In this document: piece by piece, positions 21,046 to 39,444 of the stretch
Layout of the letters: each line of letters starts with the position of its first letter
Numbering within the stretch: position 1 is the stretch's first letter
The notes under the pieces: generated by a model
Seen by the model: the letters and a program-made list of their open reading frames with translations, nothing else
Told to the model about the DNA's origin: nothing
Database searches by the model: none
Program-made: the position numbers and the translations under genes
DNA from: the human T2T-CHM13v2.0 reference genome, Homo sapiens
Direction: 5' to 3' (one strand)
DNA: 64,000 nucleotides
Assembly: GCF_009914755.1 (NCBI RefSeq)
Contig: NC_060925.1

Positions 21046-21754
21046 CTGTTTCTTAAAATTAATATGTCTTATTGCATATGTGAGGTCAAGGTGTCATACT
21101 GTCTCATCATTTCCACCTCCTCTTTCACAATTCCCATTCTCCATTTTATTAAAAATGAATGAATGAATAAATGATTATCACATGTTTAAGGCTTCCTGAA
21201 TTTAATTATGGGGCATTCCATTGGGGTGTAATTACCTGCAGCATAATATTGTAGAACAACTCAATATATGGAAGCCTCCTTTAGTCAAGAAATTGTAATC
21301 CTACACTAAGGCTACATGTTTTTGTCTTTATATTTTTGATAAGGGTGCAGCATAATATAGAAACAAGGTATTTGGGGACATCCTGAATTCATGTACATTG
21401 AGGAGTGAAGTGGCAGGAGTTATGGCAAATTTTGTTGAAGGGTCTTGCCTTTTGCATTGCCTAATTATGATCAAATAATGCATTGCTACTATAGGAGAGT
21501 TCTGAGAGGGCAAAGTAGAGAGGCTCAGTACAAAATACAGAACTTATCAGAGCTCATTCCATCCTGGAGACAAACTTATGACAAGACTCTGTGCCTTATC
21601 CACCTCCCTGCCTCCTTTCCTTCCTGTCTTTTTATCCATCTTAGAATTAAGATATTTAAATTTTGTCTGAAGCATGTCAGAGAATAACAACATGCTATAA
21701 AATTTCACTTGTGTTCACCCATGTGTCAGCTGAGTATTTTGCATTGTTACATTT

Positions 21755-21903
21755 TTATTTTACTGTATTTTATTTTATTTTTTTTTGAAATGGGGTCTAG
21801 CTATGTTGCAAACTCCTGGCCTCAAACTCCTGGGCGCAAGCAATCCTCCTGCCTTAGCCTCCCAAAATGCTAGGATTACAGGTGTGAGCCACTATGCCCT
21901 GCC
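21755..21903 (-). mobile_element. FLAM/Alu monomer
   Basis: Antisense left monomer. Confidence 0.75.
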
Positions 21904-23305
21904 TATTTTGCATTACTTCAAAGAGAAGGTGAGGTCACACATTTACTTCCAACAGATCAACATTATATCTTCAAGTTAGCAAAAGCAATTGAAAGTAGGT
22001 AGTGGCATTCTATATTTCCATAAATGCTCCTTTAGACTTGTAAAAAAATTGTCATTAATTTTGGCCAAAAGCTTATTGATGTCATAAAACCATACTCAGT
22101 TTTTACTTGGACACATTCTCCTGCTGTTCCTCATCAACCACTTTGTGGGTTTAGTCATTCAAAGTATGTACTTACTAGATTTAGATTAATTCAATGGAGA
22201 TATGTTGTGAATTCAACTGAAAATAATGCACTTAAATAATAATTACTGTATCTTTTGTAATCAGCACACTTACCAGAGCTTCAACACCTGCCTTTCCTTT
22301 TGCTATTTATTTCCACAAGATAGATTAAACTACATTTTTAACAGTAGAACATTTACTTATGTAGAACAAAATGTTCCTAAGCTGTAAACTACTGTGTAAT
22401 GACCTGAACACTCTAGAAAGCCAGCTTCATTACATTTGTTTTGGGAGTGCGCACATAAAATGTTGAAGGACCACTGTATTAAAAGGCTATTAGCATAATC
22501 TCTAGGAGACACAACCAGAAAACCAAGCATAGAGGCTGAGCAGCCAGAACCAATACTGCTACCGCTGTCCCTGCCACTCAACACAGGCCGAATAGTGGGC
22601 AGGGATGCTATGCCAAGCCCCTGCCTTGATTCTCTCTGGAAACTGGATGTATCTTTGCTGCCTCTCTGCTGTCACCTGAATGGATTCCCTCAGGACCCCG
22701 TCTTCATGACTTCAGTCTTCCACACTGAAATCACATGCAGGAGCACTGATTGGTGGAGTCTGTGCCACAATTTTTCCTCACTTCAAGGGAATCTGGGAAA
22801 ATTTGGCCTCTATTTTCAAAAGGCAGACTCACTAGATGGGAGAGTCCCAAATATAAAGAGTATTCAAAGCAACTAGAGAGCTTAGAAAAAAAAAAAGAAT
22901 GACAAATGCTATCACACAAAGTATATAATAACATATGATTTTAAAAACAAATATTTTCTTTAATTCATTACATGATCGAGGATTGCATTTATGATGTTCA
23001 TTTTACTCTAATGCTTTACTATAACACTGAGCCAGTTTTATGTTTCTCCCTATTCAAAAAATGATGCATGCTCCTCAAATTTACTTTAAATTAATTGCAT
23101 GAAAAAGGATGATTAATCAATAAATAAGTCTTGAAAAGACATATTCTATAGTGTTCGGTTTGGGGTTTTCAGATTAAAATACACATTGAAATTTACTACA
23201 TGATATAACAAGAAAAAAACTACTTTCAAGGCCTGATATTTGATTCTTCTATCTTGTATTTGAGAAACCAATGTATTTTACAGATTTTTACAAAACAAAG
23301 TAGAC

Positions 23306-23612
<307 letters not shown>

Positions 23613-23981
23613 GAAAACAAAGTAGACATTAATTCCACTTTTAAGGATGTAAAGCCCCCAGGGTAACATGGTAAACCTGTCACGGATCATGACCCACTGG
23701 ATAGGAAACACTGTTTTACTATTCTCTGGGAGGTATGTGAATCTCAACTTCCTGTTGCTTCCTGAATCTACTTGTGACACAGTCACAACTGGAGTGGCAG
23801 TAGCTAATCCCGGACTGTCCCTGCTGCTTGAGATCATCTAATCAGTCACTCCTCCACCTCATCTTTGTCTGTTTGATGTTGAAATTGTATTACATGCTTG
23901 AACTGATCAACAATTAGATGGCTAGAGACCATTTTGACTGGCTGCCTCCCAGTCCTGCAATAAAACACAACAAAACTGTAA

Positions 23982-24033
23982 AACTAACCCAACCCAAGAA
24001 ACCAGAGAACTAACCCAACCCAAGAAACCAGAG
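23982..24033. repeat. Perfect 26-bp tandem duplication
   Basis: aactaacccaacccaagaaaccagag x2. Confidence 0.95.
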
Positions 24034-24463
24034 GACTCCCTGCGCAAGAAATCCACACTGGCCCTAGAGTGTCCCACGCAGGTTTGAACAGCAACCCTGG
24101 ACCTGTGCCACAAACTCAAGTGCAAGGGGACTCCGGTGGACCCTGTAATGGCCTATCTGATTTGGCTTCTCATTTACAGAGAATGGAGACTTTACACACC
24201 ACAATGTATTGTTTGCTTAAAGGTGCTTAGAAAGAACAACCTGAAACCTTTTAATCTTATTTGTTCATGTAGAAATGAAACCGTTGAGACCTTATCTTAA
24301 TGCATATAGTATTCCAGTTGTAATCAGCAACCTTTTAGTTAAAGGAAAGTAACAGCCGGTTGAGATTGTTACTTTTCCTTTTACCAACCCATAAAATGGA
24401 GACAAGGGACTAGATTAAATACTAAAACAGGGAACTAATCTTTCAGCAGCCCTATAGGAGTTA

Positions 24464-24860
<397 letters not shown>

Positions 24861-24962
24861 TTATCTACGACTCATCCTCAAAAGGTCCCCAACCTGAAGC
24901 AGCCAGTGCCTGTGGTGGTGTAGATGGTGTCTGGAAAGGCTGAGAGGACCTCACTTCTTTCA

Positions 24963-25257
<295 letters not shown>

Positions 25258-26294
25258 GATTCGAAGATCTTTGAACATTATAGAGAACATTACAATGGAA
25301 TGTTATAGTATTAGTATTGTTGATATTTTAAAACCCAGGAGCTGTTAGCTCCTCCTCTCTGGCCTCTTAATCATAAATCCCTGTCCCTTCTCTATTGGGT
25401 TACAAGTCAACTGAGGCACCAGCATGTAAGCCTCATCTATACTTACTCAACTAATTCAGACAGGTCTAGGCCTGTAGGGGGTGGCGTGGGGTGCAGTCTG
25501 GGTGCAGGGGAGAGATGGACCCACCAGGGAGAGCTAATTATATCACAAGTAGAGGAACCTGTGGGAAGAGTATAGTGTTGGACATGTGGGTGCTGCTTTA
25601 TAACCTCTTCATTTCTCAAATTCCTCAAGGAGAACCTACATTAAGGGGTGACCAACCAGCTGAACAATTCCCTTTGCTGTCAATCTATGACGAGGGGTAA
25701 AACATGACTAGTGCACTAAAATATCACTGGAAATAGAACTTCAAAGATGAAAATTTTTTTAAATCAGAAATCTCACAGAGAGTACTCAATAGGGTTGGAG
25801 TAAATACCTTGATGAGCCACTTGGGGATGGGGGTGGAAGGTAAGACCCCAAGGGGTATGCCTGGATGACAACAGATGGTCCTTCTAAAAAGGATAGTCAA
25901 GTGAACTATGAGGCTGTTGTTTTGGAGAGAGGTTGTAAGTTTGGGGCCAGAGTTAAAGCCCCTTGGATTTTGGAGGCTTTGCAGCTGATGGTCCTCCTCT
26001 TTATCCTTTTTCTACAGGGCACTGAGGAACTATTTAAAGAAAATACAACCCAAGTATCTGCAGGTCTCATTCTGGTCCAGCCCCAAAGCAGTGTTAGCTG
26101 CAGGGGAAGGCCTTACCCTGAGGAGAGGGAGATAGGATGTACCAGCTGATGTGGGGGAGTGAGGACACAGGATTAGAGGGGAGTGGATACTGTGAATTGC
26201 ACCTAGAAACAACAGCGCTAAGGCAGGCTTCTTCCCCTTGAACTATGCTTCCATTAGGGGAAGAATGCATAAAATGAGTAAAATAAAAGCTGCA

Positions 26295-26599
26295 GACCAG
26301 GCATGGTGGCTCATGCCTATAATCCCTGCACTTTGGGAGGCCATATTGTACGGATTGCTTGAGCCCAGGAGTTGAAGACCAGCCCTGGCAATGTAGCAAG
26401 ATCCTGTGTCTACAAATAATAATTTAAAAAAATTAGCCTGGCATAGTGACACATGCCTATGGTCCCAGTTACTCAAGAGGTTAAGGCAGGAGGATTGCCT
26501 AAGCCCAGGAGGTTAAAGCTGCAGTGAGCCATGATCATGCCACTATACTCCAGCCTAGGGGACAGAGTGAGACCCTGTCTCAATTAAAAAAAAAAAAAA
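26295..26599 (+). mobile_element. AluJ
   Basis: Diverged dimer. Confidence 0.85.
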
Positions 26600-26629
26600 G
26601 GTATATTCCCTGGGCCAGGTTTTCTCTCT

Positions 26630-26940
26630 CTGTTTATCTGGCTAACTCAAATTTAACCTTTAGGGTTGAGATTAGATCTTACTTCTCCCAGGAAGCCTTT
26701 TCTGATCTCCTAAGTCTGCATTAGATGTCATTCCTCTGTGCTCCGACAGATCCTGTATTTCCCCCATCATCACAGCATTTACAGTGTGCATTGTCATTGC
26801 TTGGTTACAAGGCAATTTCCTTTGCTAGTCTATAACTTCCATGGGGTAGGGACCATGTCTGTAGTTCACTGTCGTTTGGTGCCAAACATAGTACCTGATA
26901 CCTGGTAGGCACTCAATTATTTGTTGTTTGAATGAAATAA
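26630..26940. mobile_element. L2 3' fragment
   Basis: acttctcccaggaagccttttctga...ggtaggcactcaattatttgttg. Confidence 0.65.
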
Positions 26941-27250
26941 TAGAGGCACAAGAATAGTGCTGCCATGTACCTAGAAGAGGTGGAAAATTTTCATGGTGGA
27001 GGGTGGCTCCCTGAGGCCAGGCCTTGGTATAGAGGCTGATGGACAGAACAGTAGCTCGTGGATTTCGGGGGCAGTGATGGCTTCAGACAGCCTGATACGT
27101 TAGGAGGAGAGAGGATACCAAAACAGCACCTTCGAAGTCAGGAGCTACGTGGAAACAGAATGGAAGACATCAGCTAAAAGACACCCTAGGGACTTCTGCC
27201 TCTCCTCACCCTCTAGCAATATAAGTGCGGAAGGAGAAAGTCCCCAAATA

Positions 27251-29422
27251 CAGTGATGCACCACTTAAAAATGCATTCTGAGAAGTGCATTGATAGGTGA
27301 TTTTGTCATTGTGTGAACCTTATAGTATGTGCTTACACAAATGTAGATGGTGGAGCCTACTACACACCTAGCCTGTATGGCGTTGCTTATTGCTCCCAGG
27401 TGGCAAACACGTATAGCATGTTACTGTACTGAATACTGTAGGCAATTGTAATACAATGGTCAGTATTTGTGTATCCAAACATATCTAAACATAGAAAAGG
27501 TACAGTAAAAATATGGTATATGTGATATTTTGGTATACATATTGGCTTTCGTCCGCAGCTCCTGACTCATAACTCCCATAGCCCTTGTTATATAATGTTG
27601 GGGTGCTTCAGGCCTCAGAAAACAGAATGTCTGTCTCTCTGGCCTTCCGACCACCTCCTGCCCTCCTTTTTCTCCCCAAGGCAGGACTCTTCTCTCACCT
27701 CTCTTGGAGCTGACCATAAAGAAATTCTCTTACCTACCCTATCTGACTGTAGGTCATAAGAACCCCCAATTCAGAAGGAGTCCTGCCCCACACCCAGGAA
27801 GAACAAATGCTGCACAGAGATGCCAAGAAGAATCTGAACAGACAGGCCTTGCTGGGTTTCTCCACTCAGTCTATTAGTATTAGACCATACCCTTCTTGCC
27901 CATTTCTGCATGATTGTCAATCATGACTACCCAATGAAGTCTCCACAAAGGCACAAGAGGACTGGGTACAGAGTATTTCCAGGTAGCTGAGCACATGGAG
28001 GTTTCTGGAGAGTGGCACACCCAAGCAGGGCATGGAAGCTCCGAGCCCCTTCCCCATACCTCGCCCTGTGTGTCTCTGCATCTGCATGCTTTGTGGTATT
28101 CTTTATAATATATCATTTTTTGTGTATTATAAAGAATATATAAATGTGTTTCCCTGAGTGCTGTGAACAGCACTGGCAAATTAATCGAGTCAAAAGAGGA
28201 GGATGTAGGAATCTCAACTTAAAGCCAGTTGGTCAGAAGTTCCAGAGGTCCAGACTTCTGACAGGTATGTGAAGTAGGGGCAGTCTTGGGGACTGTATGA
28301 TCTGACACTATCTCCAGGTAGAGAGCATCAGAATGAATTGAACTGGAGGACACCAAGCTAGCGTGTCTGTAGAATCGACTGCTTGCTTGGTGGTGGCAAG
28401 AAACCGCCATACATTTGGTCTCAGGAGTCTTTTGTGGTTGTGATGTGAGAGGAGAGTAACAACAGTTTTTGTTTTTTCCACTAAGTATAAAAGATAAAAA
28501 CGTATACTCCTGTATAGGGCACTTACCATAAATAGAGTTTGCAGGACTCAACGCTGTTCTGGGTGAGTCAGTGAGTGAGTGGTGAGTGAATGTGAAGGGC
28601 TAGGACATTACTATACACTACTGTGGACTTTATAAACACTCTATACTTAGGCTACACTAAATTTAACACATTTTTTTTCTTTAATAAGAAATTAATCTCA
28701 GCTTACTGTAAATTTTTTACTTTATAAACTTTATAATTTTTTAAACTTTTTGACTCTTTTGTAATAACACTTAGCTTAAACACAAACACATTGTACAGCT
28801 GTACAAAAATATTTTCTCTGTTTATATCTTTATTCTATAAGCTTTATTCTATTATCTTAAATTTTTAATTTTTTCTTTTTTTTTTTGTTAAAAACTAGGA
28901 CACAAAGACACACATTAGCTTAGGCCTACACAGGGTCAGGATCATCAATATCACTGTCTTCCACCTCCACATCTTGTCCCACTCGGAGGTCTTTAGGGAC
29001 AATACCATGCATAGAGCTGTCATCTCCTATGATTACAATGCCTTCTTCTGGAATACTTCCTGAAGGACCTCCCAGAGGCTGTTTAACAGTTACCTTTTTT
29101 TTTTTCAATAAGTAGGAGTACACTCTAAAACAACAAAATATATAGTAAATACATAAACCAGTAACATGGTCATTTATTATCATTCTCAAGTATTATGTAC
29201 TGTATATAACTGTATGTGCTAGACTCTTATATGACTGGCAGCAAGTGGATCTGTTTATACTGGGCATCACCATAAACACATAAGTAATGCATTGTGCTAG
29301 GACTTTATGACAGCTACATGGTTATTAGGCTACAGGAATTTTTCAGCTCCGTGATAATCTTCTGGGACCCCGTCATATATGTGGTCCATTTGGCTGAAAT
29401 GTCACTATGCAGTGCTTGACTA
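27251..29422 (-). mobile_element. Tigger3 (Golem)-family element, split by an LTR
   Basis: Ends cagtgatgcacc... and ...gcagtgcttgacta; typical internal gcctactacacacctagcctgtatgg. Confidence 0.8.
27521..28482 (+). mobile_element. MER21-like solo LTR
   Basis: Begins tgtgatattttggtatacatattgg...; ends ...gagaggagagtaacaacagtttttgttttttccac; inserted in Tigger3. Confidence 0.7.
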
Positions 29423-29957
29423 TAATCCTGCTTGCAGCATTTTGTACCCCAACCATACCCTCAGGATGATATGCCTGGAGAAATGCCAGTTACACCTGGC
29501 CGTAACACCCACAGTCTTGGTTCATGTTCTCATCATCACAGTTGCATTAGATGCCTTAATGATCACCCTCCTCTATTTGGGCCATGGAGCCCTTTGAGAA
29601 TCCAACAATAACTCTGAACCTCTCCACAGAAGAATCACATGGTCACACAAGCACAAAATTTTACATATAACAGACAACCCTTAAAAGCTAATCTACAGAC
29701 CCTAGCTCTCATCTTAATCTTTTCTAAATTTTTCTCCATAGTGCTGCCAGGGTGAACTTGAAAAATAAATTTTATTGCATTGTTGGATTTTTATTACCTT
29801 CAGGGAAGACTTCAAGCTCCCTAGTAAAGTACATGAGACACCTCCCACATACTGCTCACGTTCCTTACCTACCTTTTTTACTCCACCACTGCTGCAGCAA
29901 TGAGCTGGTGTGACCCATTTCTTTGGAGAAATGTCTGCTCAGATCCTTTGCCCATTC

Positions 29958-30427
29958 TTTTTGGTTCCCAAGTTTTATTCAAGAATTCATTCAAAATATT
30001 CCAGATAAATAAAATTTAATCCTCATCTTTCTCTTCTTCTTTGTCCTGGTTAATTTGGAAATAACGTAATTCATAACTCTCTTTACTGTTAGCAACTATG
30101 CACAACCAATCACATAGATTATTGTTCTTCAAATATTTTTTGGTGAGATATTTCAAATACCTTCTGGAAAAAGGCACTTCCGGTGTTACGGTGAGCTTGC
30201 TCTTGCTCCTTTCGATGGTCACCACTCCTCCAAGATTCACAGCTTTTCTGTTCACTTTGATCCTCTCTTGCAAAAACTGCTCAAAATTGGTAGAATGGCG
30301 GCATCCATGATTCCATCTTCTATGGGGTGGATGCAATCAAGAGTGAACTTCAGAACCTGCTTCTTTTTTGCCCCCTTTCACCACAAGCTTTTTCGCGGGC
30401 GCCATGGTGGCAATGGAGGCAGAAAAG
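29958..30427 (-). pseudogene. RPL22P5: RPL22 processed pseudogene
   Basis: 5'TOP-like CTTTTCTGCC at 30427; ATG 30405 [14 protein letters not shown]...; C-terminus [13 protein letters not shown]...[19 protein letters not shown] (30016). Intronless, AATAAA 29979-29974, TSD cctttgcccatt at 29945 and 30429. The P5 number is from recollection. Confidence 0.93.
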
Positions 30428-30666
30428 CCCTTTGCCCATTTTTAAAATTGGGTTATTTGTTCTTCTGCTATTGAGTTGTAAGAGTTCCTTATATTTTTTG
30501 GATATTAATTCCTTATCAGATATGTGGTTTGCAATTATATTTTCCTAGTCCGTAGGTTGCTTTTCAAGTTTGTTGATTGTTTCCTCTCCTGTGCAGAATT
30601 TTTTAGTTTGATGTAGTCCCTTTATTTATTTTTGTTTTTGTAGCCTGAGCTTCTGATGTGATATTA

Positions 30667-30975
<309 letters not shown>

Positions 30976-31317
30976 TCATTGTCAAGGCAAATGTCGAGAG
31001 GTTTTTCCCCTGTGTTCTCTTCTAGGAGTTTTATGGTTTCAGGTCCACAGTACACTGTTAGTGGGAATGTAGATTGGTACAGTCATTATAGGAAACAGTA
31101 TGGAGGTTCCTAAAGAAATTAAAAATGGAACTACCATATGATGCAGCAATCCCTCTCCTGAGTATATTCCCAAAGGAGAGGAAATCATCACCTTGTAAAC
31201 ATGTCTGCACTCCCCTGTTCATTGTTATGTTATTCACAATAGCCAAGATAAGGAAACAAACTAAGTGCCCATTGACATTTAGGATGGATAAAGAAAATGG
31301 GTTTTGTGGTGTACATA

Positions 31318-32954
<1,637 letters not shown>

Positions 32955-33436
32955 TACAATGGAATATTATGCAGTCTTAAAAAAAGAAAAGGAGACCCTG
33001 TCATTTGCCACAACATGGGTGGACTTGGAGGACATTAGGCTAAGTGGAATAATCCAGATACAGAGAGAAAAACATTGCATGACCTCACTTATACATGGCA
33101 TTTTAAAAAGGGCTCAAATACACAGAGAGAATGAAACAGTGGTTACCATGATTGGGTGGTGGGGAGAGGAAATGAGACACTGTAAGTCAAAGGATACGAA
33201 ATATGAAAAGTCTCCACATCTAAGGTCCAACATGAAGACTAAAGTTAAAAAAAACTGTATCATATTGGGAATTTGTGTTAAATAAGTAGATTTTAGCTGC
33301 CCTTGTCACAAAAAAGTAACTATTTGAGATGATAGAAACATTAATCTGCTTCATAACTGTAACCATATTACTATTTATATGTATCCCATAACATTGTGCT
33401 GTAAACCTCAAGTATACACAATTTAAAAAATTTTTT

Positions 33437-33731
<295 letters not shown>

Positions 33732-33744
33732 GATTTTTTTTTTT

Positions 33745-33985
33745 AATGACCTCTCCCCAATTTTCATTACCTGACCTTCCTCTAGGATCTCATGGTCCTG
33801 GGCTCCCCTCTTCATAGCACTTACTGCTGAGCTGTAAATATCCATTTATGTGTTGCCTCCCTCACTGGACTGTAAAATTCTTGAGGCAGAACCAGTAGGT
33901 TTTATCTATTTATCCTTCTCAAGCCTAGGACAGTGCCTGAGACCTTGAAACTCGGTGATTGTTGGTTGACAGGTTGAATGAGTGA
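33745..33985. mobile_element. L2 3' fragment
   Basis: ccctcactggactgtaaaattcttgaggcag...cctaggacagtgcctg. Confidence 0.6.
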
Positions 33986-35276
33986 TCTATGAGATTTCTG
34001 AATCAAGCCTGGTGTATTTAATCTTTGGGTCTTGATAACATCTGGATCTGAATGAATCTGGGGGAAAGTCTAATTGAGCTTGATTTCCCTGTGACCTGCA
34101 GAGGCAGGAGTCCCAGCTTGACTGGTAGAGTGGGTGGGGAAGGCCTCTTCTACAGCACAGCCATAAAAAATCTGGAATTGTGACACTTTCCCCTAATGGG
34201 CCTCCTGGGACTTTACATGTCCTGTTGTGGGGAGTTGATTTTAACACAGAATCTGTCAATGCTCTATCCTTTTCAGGTCCAGCTTCATAAAAATATTCAA
34301 GGAATCATGTCTTCTGATTTTGCTTGATGATCCCTCTTGGGAGCCATATTTGAAAGGTTACAGTTTGCATTTTTGACATTAAAGTTTACTTTTTAATTTT
34401 AAAAAAAGTTACAAAGATGTAGGACGTTTGGCTTCTTCAATACTTATTTGCTAGAAGACTTTGGGCAAGTTACCTAAACTCTCTGGGCTTCAATGTCCTC
34501 CCATACATGTAAGCTAAATGTTCCAGGGCCACCTATGCCCATGGGTAACAGGCCAGCACAAGAATATGCTGACCAATTGATTCCTGGCTGCATAACCACA
34601 GAATCTCCTCTGTTATTTCTAGGTGCCTAGAGGAGGTCTCTCATAGATGCCCACGTTCTCTTGACAAGATATTTGGGGAGGACCCCTGGCTACTGTCACT
34701 GCTGCCATGCCTGCCAGGAGGAGGCACCTTCCTGACACTTCACTGCTGCTGCTCAGCAGGCCTGCCAAGTGGTTCTGCTGTGTTCTAGGAGAAACAGGAA
34801 AAATGCCTCTCCTCCCACTTTGCACTGTGCTTTGTCACCTGGGCCCTAAAACACCATTGCCTGCCCCTGACGCCCCAACAGCTCCCTCTACCAAACTGAG
34901 GCTGGGCTGGGAGACTAGGCACTACACCATTCCATTCTCCCTTCTCTTCTTCCATTCTCCCTTCCCTCCCTCTCTTCTTCCCACTGCCTCCAAGACACCT
35001 GTACTGGAACTTTGTCCATTCTTACACTCACACACACACACATGCACATGCATATGTGTACACACAAAAGTCTCTTGTCCATCAGATCATACAAATATAT
35101 GCTTGGGACAGGGGTGATCACATGCCCCACATGCCCAGTGGACATTTAGGCTCAGATAGGACAATTCTTTCACAAGGATGACAAAACCTACCTTCCGTGG
35201 TTGCTGTGAGAACAAGAAATTGTACATACAGTGCCCATTCTACAGCAAACCCAACAATGATTTAAAATCCACAATA

Positions 35277-36200
<924 letters not shown>

Positions 36201-37144
36201 TTTTTTTCATAGAAAAAAGTCTAGGGGATTCACCGCTCAGCAGGCCATCCTGGCTATCTGGGCATAACCACCACCCAGAGTGTAATTTCTTCTAAGGCAA
36301 TCACCCAAGTCTTTCACATTTTATACCTTCACAGCCCTGACAAAAACTGCTACATAATAAACACTAAACAAATGCCTATGAAAGGCAAGAAGGACGTAAG
36401 AGAGGGAAAGAAGCAAAGAAATGAACAATCGTAGCACCTGAGGCCGGATTAAAGAAAGGAAAAAAGCTTGTAAGGGTCTTTTCATATTGACAAAGCTTTA
36501 GTGGAACACTCTTTTGGTGGGTTTTCAAGGGATCAGAACGTTTGGGCAGAAAACAGAAAAATACAGACATAAAGAAGAGACCTAAATATATAAGCATAAC
36601 ATTGGGAAAAAGCCTTTTCAGAACTGCAACTCATGCCTTATTCGAACATGTTCTGAACAAGGTCTCTTATCTAAAGTTGTTTCTGGCTTCAGACAGCAGG
36701 TGGCAGCAGAATCAAGCTTTCTGGTTGCAGAAACTTCTGGAGCCAGCCAGCTGTATAAAGTTTCAAATGGTTTTCGGAGGAGAAGCAGCTTTTGAGTAAA
36801 AACCTTTAATCTAAAAATCTAAACTCGACACAAAACAAAAACAAAACAGAGTGAGGAGCTGGTGCCATTGGCCCCTGCCATGACAGATCCTGATGTCATT
36901 CCCTGCCTGCCATCTACAGAGCCACACCTTGTCCTTCGAAGAAATTCTGGGATTTCTACTGGCAGCGGCCAGGAAAGGAACCCAAGGTTGGTCTGTCCTG
37001 TTCTGACGTTGTCCTTGTCACATGTGGAAGCTGGTTCGCCAGGAAACAGGCTCTGGTCAAGGCTGGGCTCACTGGAGAGGTCAGCCCAAACTCAAAACAC
37101 ATTTATGGGTAAAGGAAGGGTTTTTTAAAAGGAGACTTTGCAGG

Positions 37145-37512
37145 CAACAAAAAGAAATATAGTATTGATATATGCCACAATGTGGATGAACCTCAAAAAC
37201 ATTATGTTAAGTCAAAGAAATCAGTCACAAAAAGACCACATAATGCATGAAACCATTTATAGGAAATCTTCAGAATAGGCAAATCTAAAGACAGAAAATA
37301 GATTAGTGGTTGTCTAGGGCTCAGGAGGTGGTGACTGGGGAATGACTGCTAATGAGTACACAATTTCTTTGGGGAGTGATGAAAATATTCTATAATTAGA
37401 TTACAGTGATGATGCACAATTCTTTAAATATACTTAAAAACCATTGAGTTGTACGCTTTAAATGCGTGAACTTTATGGTATGTAAGTTATCTCAATAAAG
37501 CTATTAAAAAAG
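37145..37512 (+). mobile_element. L1MB/MC 3' end
   Basis: tggatgaacctcaaaaacattatgttaagt...ttatctcaataaagctattaaaaa. Confidence 0.8.
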
Positions 37513-37525
37513 GGAAAAAAAAAAG

Positions 37526-37762
37526 GGCCCAGCACTTTGGGAGGCTGAGGCTGGAGGATTGCTTGAAACCAGGATTTCAAGACCAGCCTGGACAACATAG
37601 TGAGACCCCCCATCTCTACAAAAAATAAAAACTAGCTGGGCGTGGTGGCTCATGCTTGTATTCCTGGCTACTCTGGAGGCTGAGGCTAGAGGACTGCTTG
37701 AGCCCAGGAGTTCGAAGACACAGTGAACTATGATTGTGCCACTGCACTTCAGTCTGGGATAA
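37526..37762 (+). mobile_element. Partial AluJ
   Basis: Truncated at both ends. Confidence 0.8.
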
Positions 37763-38704
37763 CCATTCAATGCTGGGGGGGTGGGGAGAGAGAGAGAGAG
37801 AGAGTCTATGCAGTTGCTACAGAAAAGAATTGGAGATTGGTTAGAGATATGACTGGTACATTGATGAATTTTACTTTTTGATCAGATTGTGATATGATGG
37901 TAGCATAATTCGCTTCCTGATTTGGTCACACACACTTCCTATCCCTAAGAACTGCAAATACTTACCTGAAAGAGTGGATGAGGTGCGTTGCCATCTCACT
38001 TTTTTAGGGGATGGTGCTCTCCCTGGAAAGAAGGCAATAACAGGCCAGTGAAATAGCAGACATCTGAAGTCACACAGACGTGGTTTCAAATTCCGGTTCT
38101 TCCTCTTATTAGCTATGAGCCGTCAGCTTCTTTTCCATACCCACATCTCAAGGTTAAGTAAGAATTACAACATAAAATATAAAAGTGCCCAACCCAGAGT
38201 AAACTTGAAATTTATTTAATATTCTTGGAATTTCCATCCTGACCAGTAAGATGACATTTTATCTCAAAACACAGCTGTATCATGTTTTGCTATTGGTACA
38301 CCTCTAAAGATCTTCTCCACCGCCCTCTGCCCCCACCCCAACTCCAAGTGCCATGAATAACCTAACTTATTATCACTTTTTACAACGATGAGCAGCCTCT
38401 GAGAATGGAAAAATAAGTCAATGGTAATACTGTGTTAGGAAGGATCTGAGTAGGAGGGAACCTGTCCCCTGGCTACCAGAAACACAGGACTAGACCCAGT
38501 AATACACACCTAGAATATAAGCCTGGATAACAACAGTGCAGGAGAAACACTGTCCTCACCAGGATAGCTTTTATATGCAAGAATTTAGGTATTATAATCA
38601 GAAAGATTTCTAGAAACTATGAAATATTAGGGAAAAAAGCCAACACATTAGCCAACATTGTACTTTACATTTATGCAAATTTTAAACTCTATAGGCACCT
38701 CCTA

Positions 38705-39084
<380 letters not shown>

Positions 39085-39089
39085 CTAAG

Positions 39090-39305
39090 GAGCTAGGCTT
39101 CCTTATTTCACAACCTTGGCTCTGTCTCCTATGAAACCAGGGCAACTATTTAACCCCTCCATGTCTGAGTTTCCTCATGTATAAATGAAGGGAGCAATAG
39201 TACCTAGCTTATAAGGCCATTATAAGGATTTTAAAAGTTAATCTAAAGTGCTTAGGACAGTGTATGGCATAGAGCAAGCACTCAGTAAATCCATTCATTC
39301 AATAA
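39090..39305. mobile_element. MIR (similar MIR fragments at ~7300, 10000, 14900, 15300, 19400, 38100, 42250, 50650, 55150)
   Basis: MIR core tgagtttcctcatgtataaatg...aatagtacctagc...aaagtgcttaggacagtg. Confidence 0.7.
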
Positions 39306-39444
39306 ATGTTTATTGAATATAGGTGTGGCTGCTGTTTTGGCTGATGAGTATACTAAAGTCAGTGAAACAGACGAAATCTGTGGAGCTTTCTTCCTTGGGG
39401 GAGGAGGCCAACAACAACAACGAATACACACAGAGGAAGAGCAA

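Noticed and set aside
36608-36628. aaagccttttcagaact resembling a histone stem-loop
   Set aside because: The stem does not pair and there is no histone sequence upstream.
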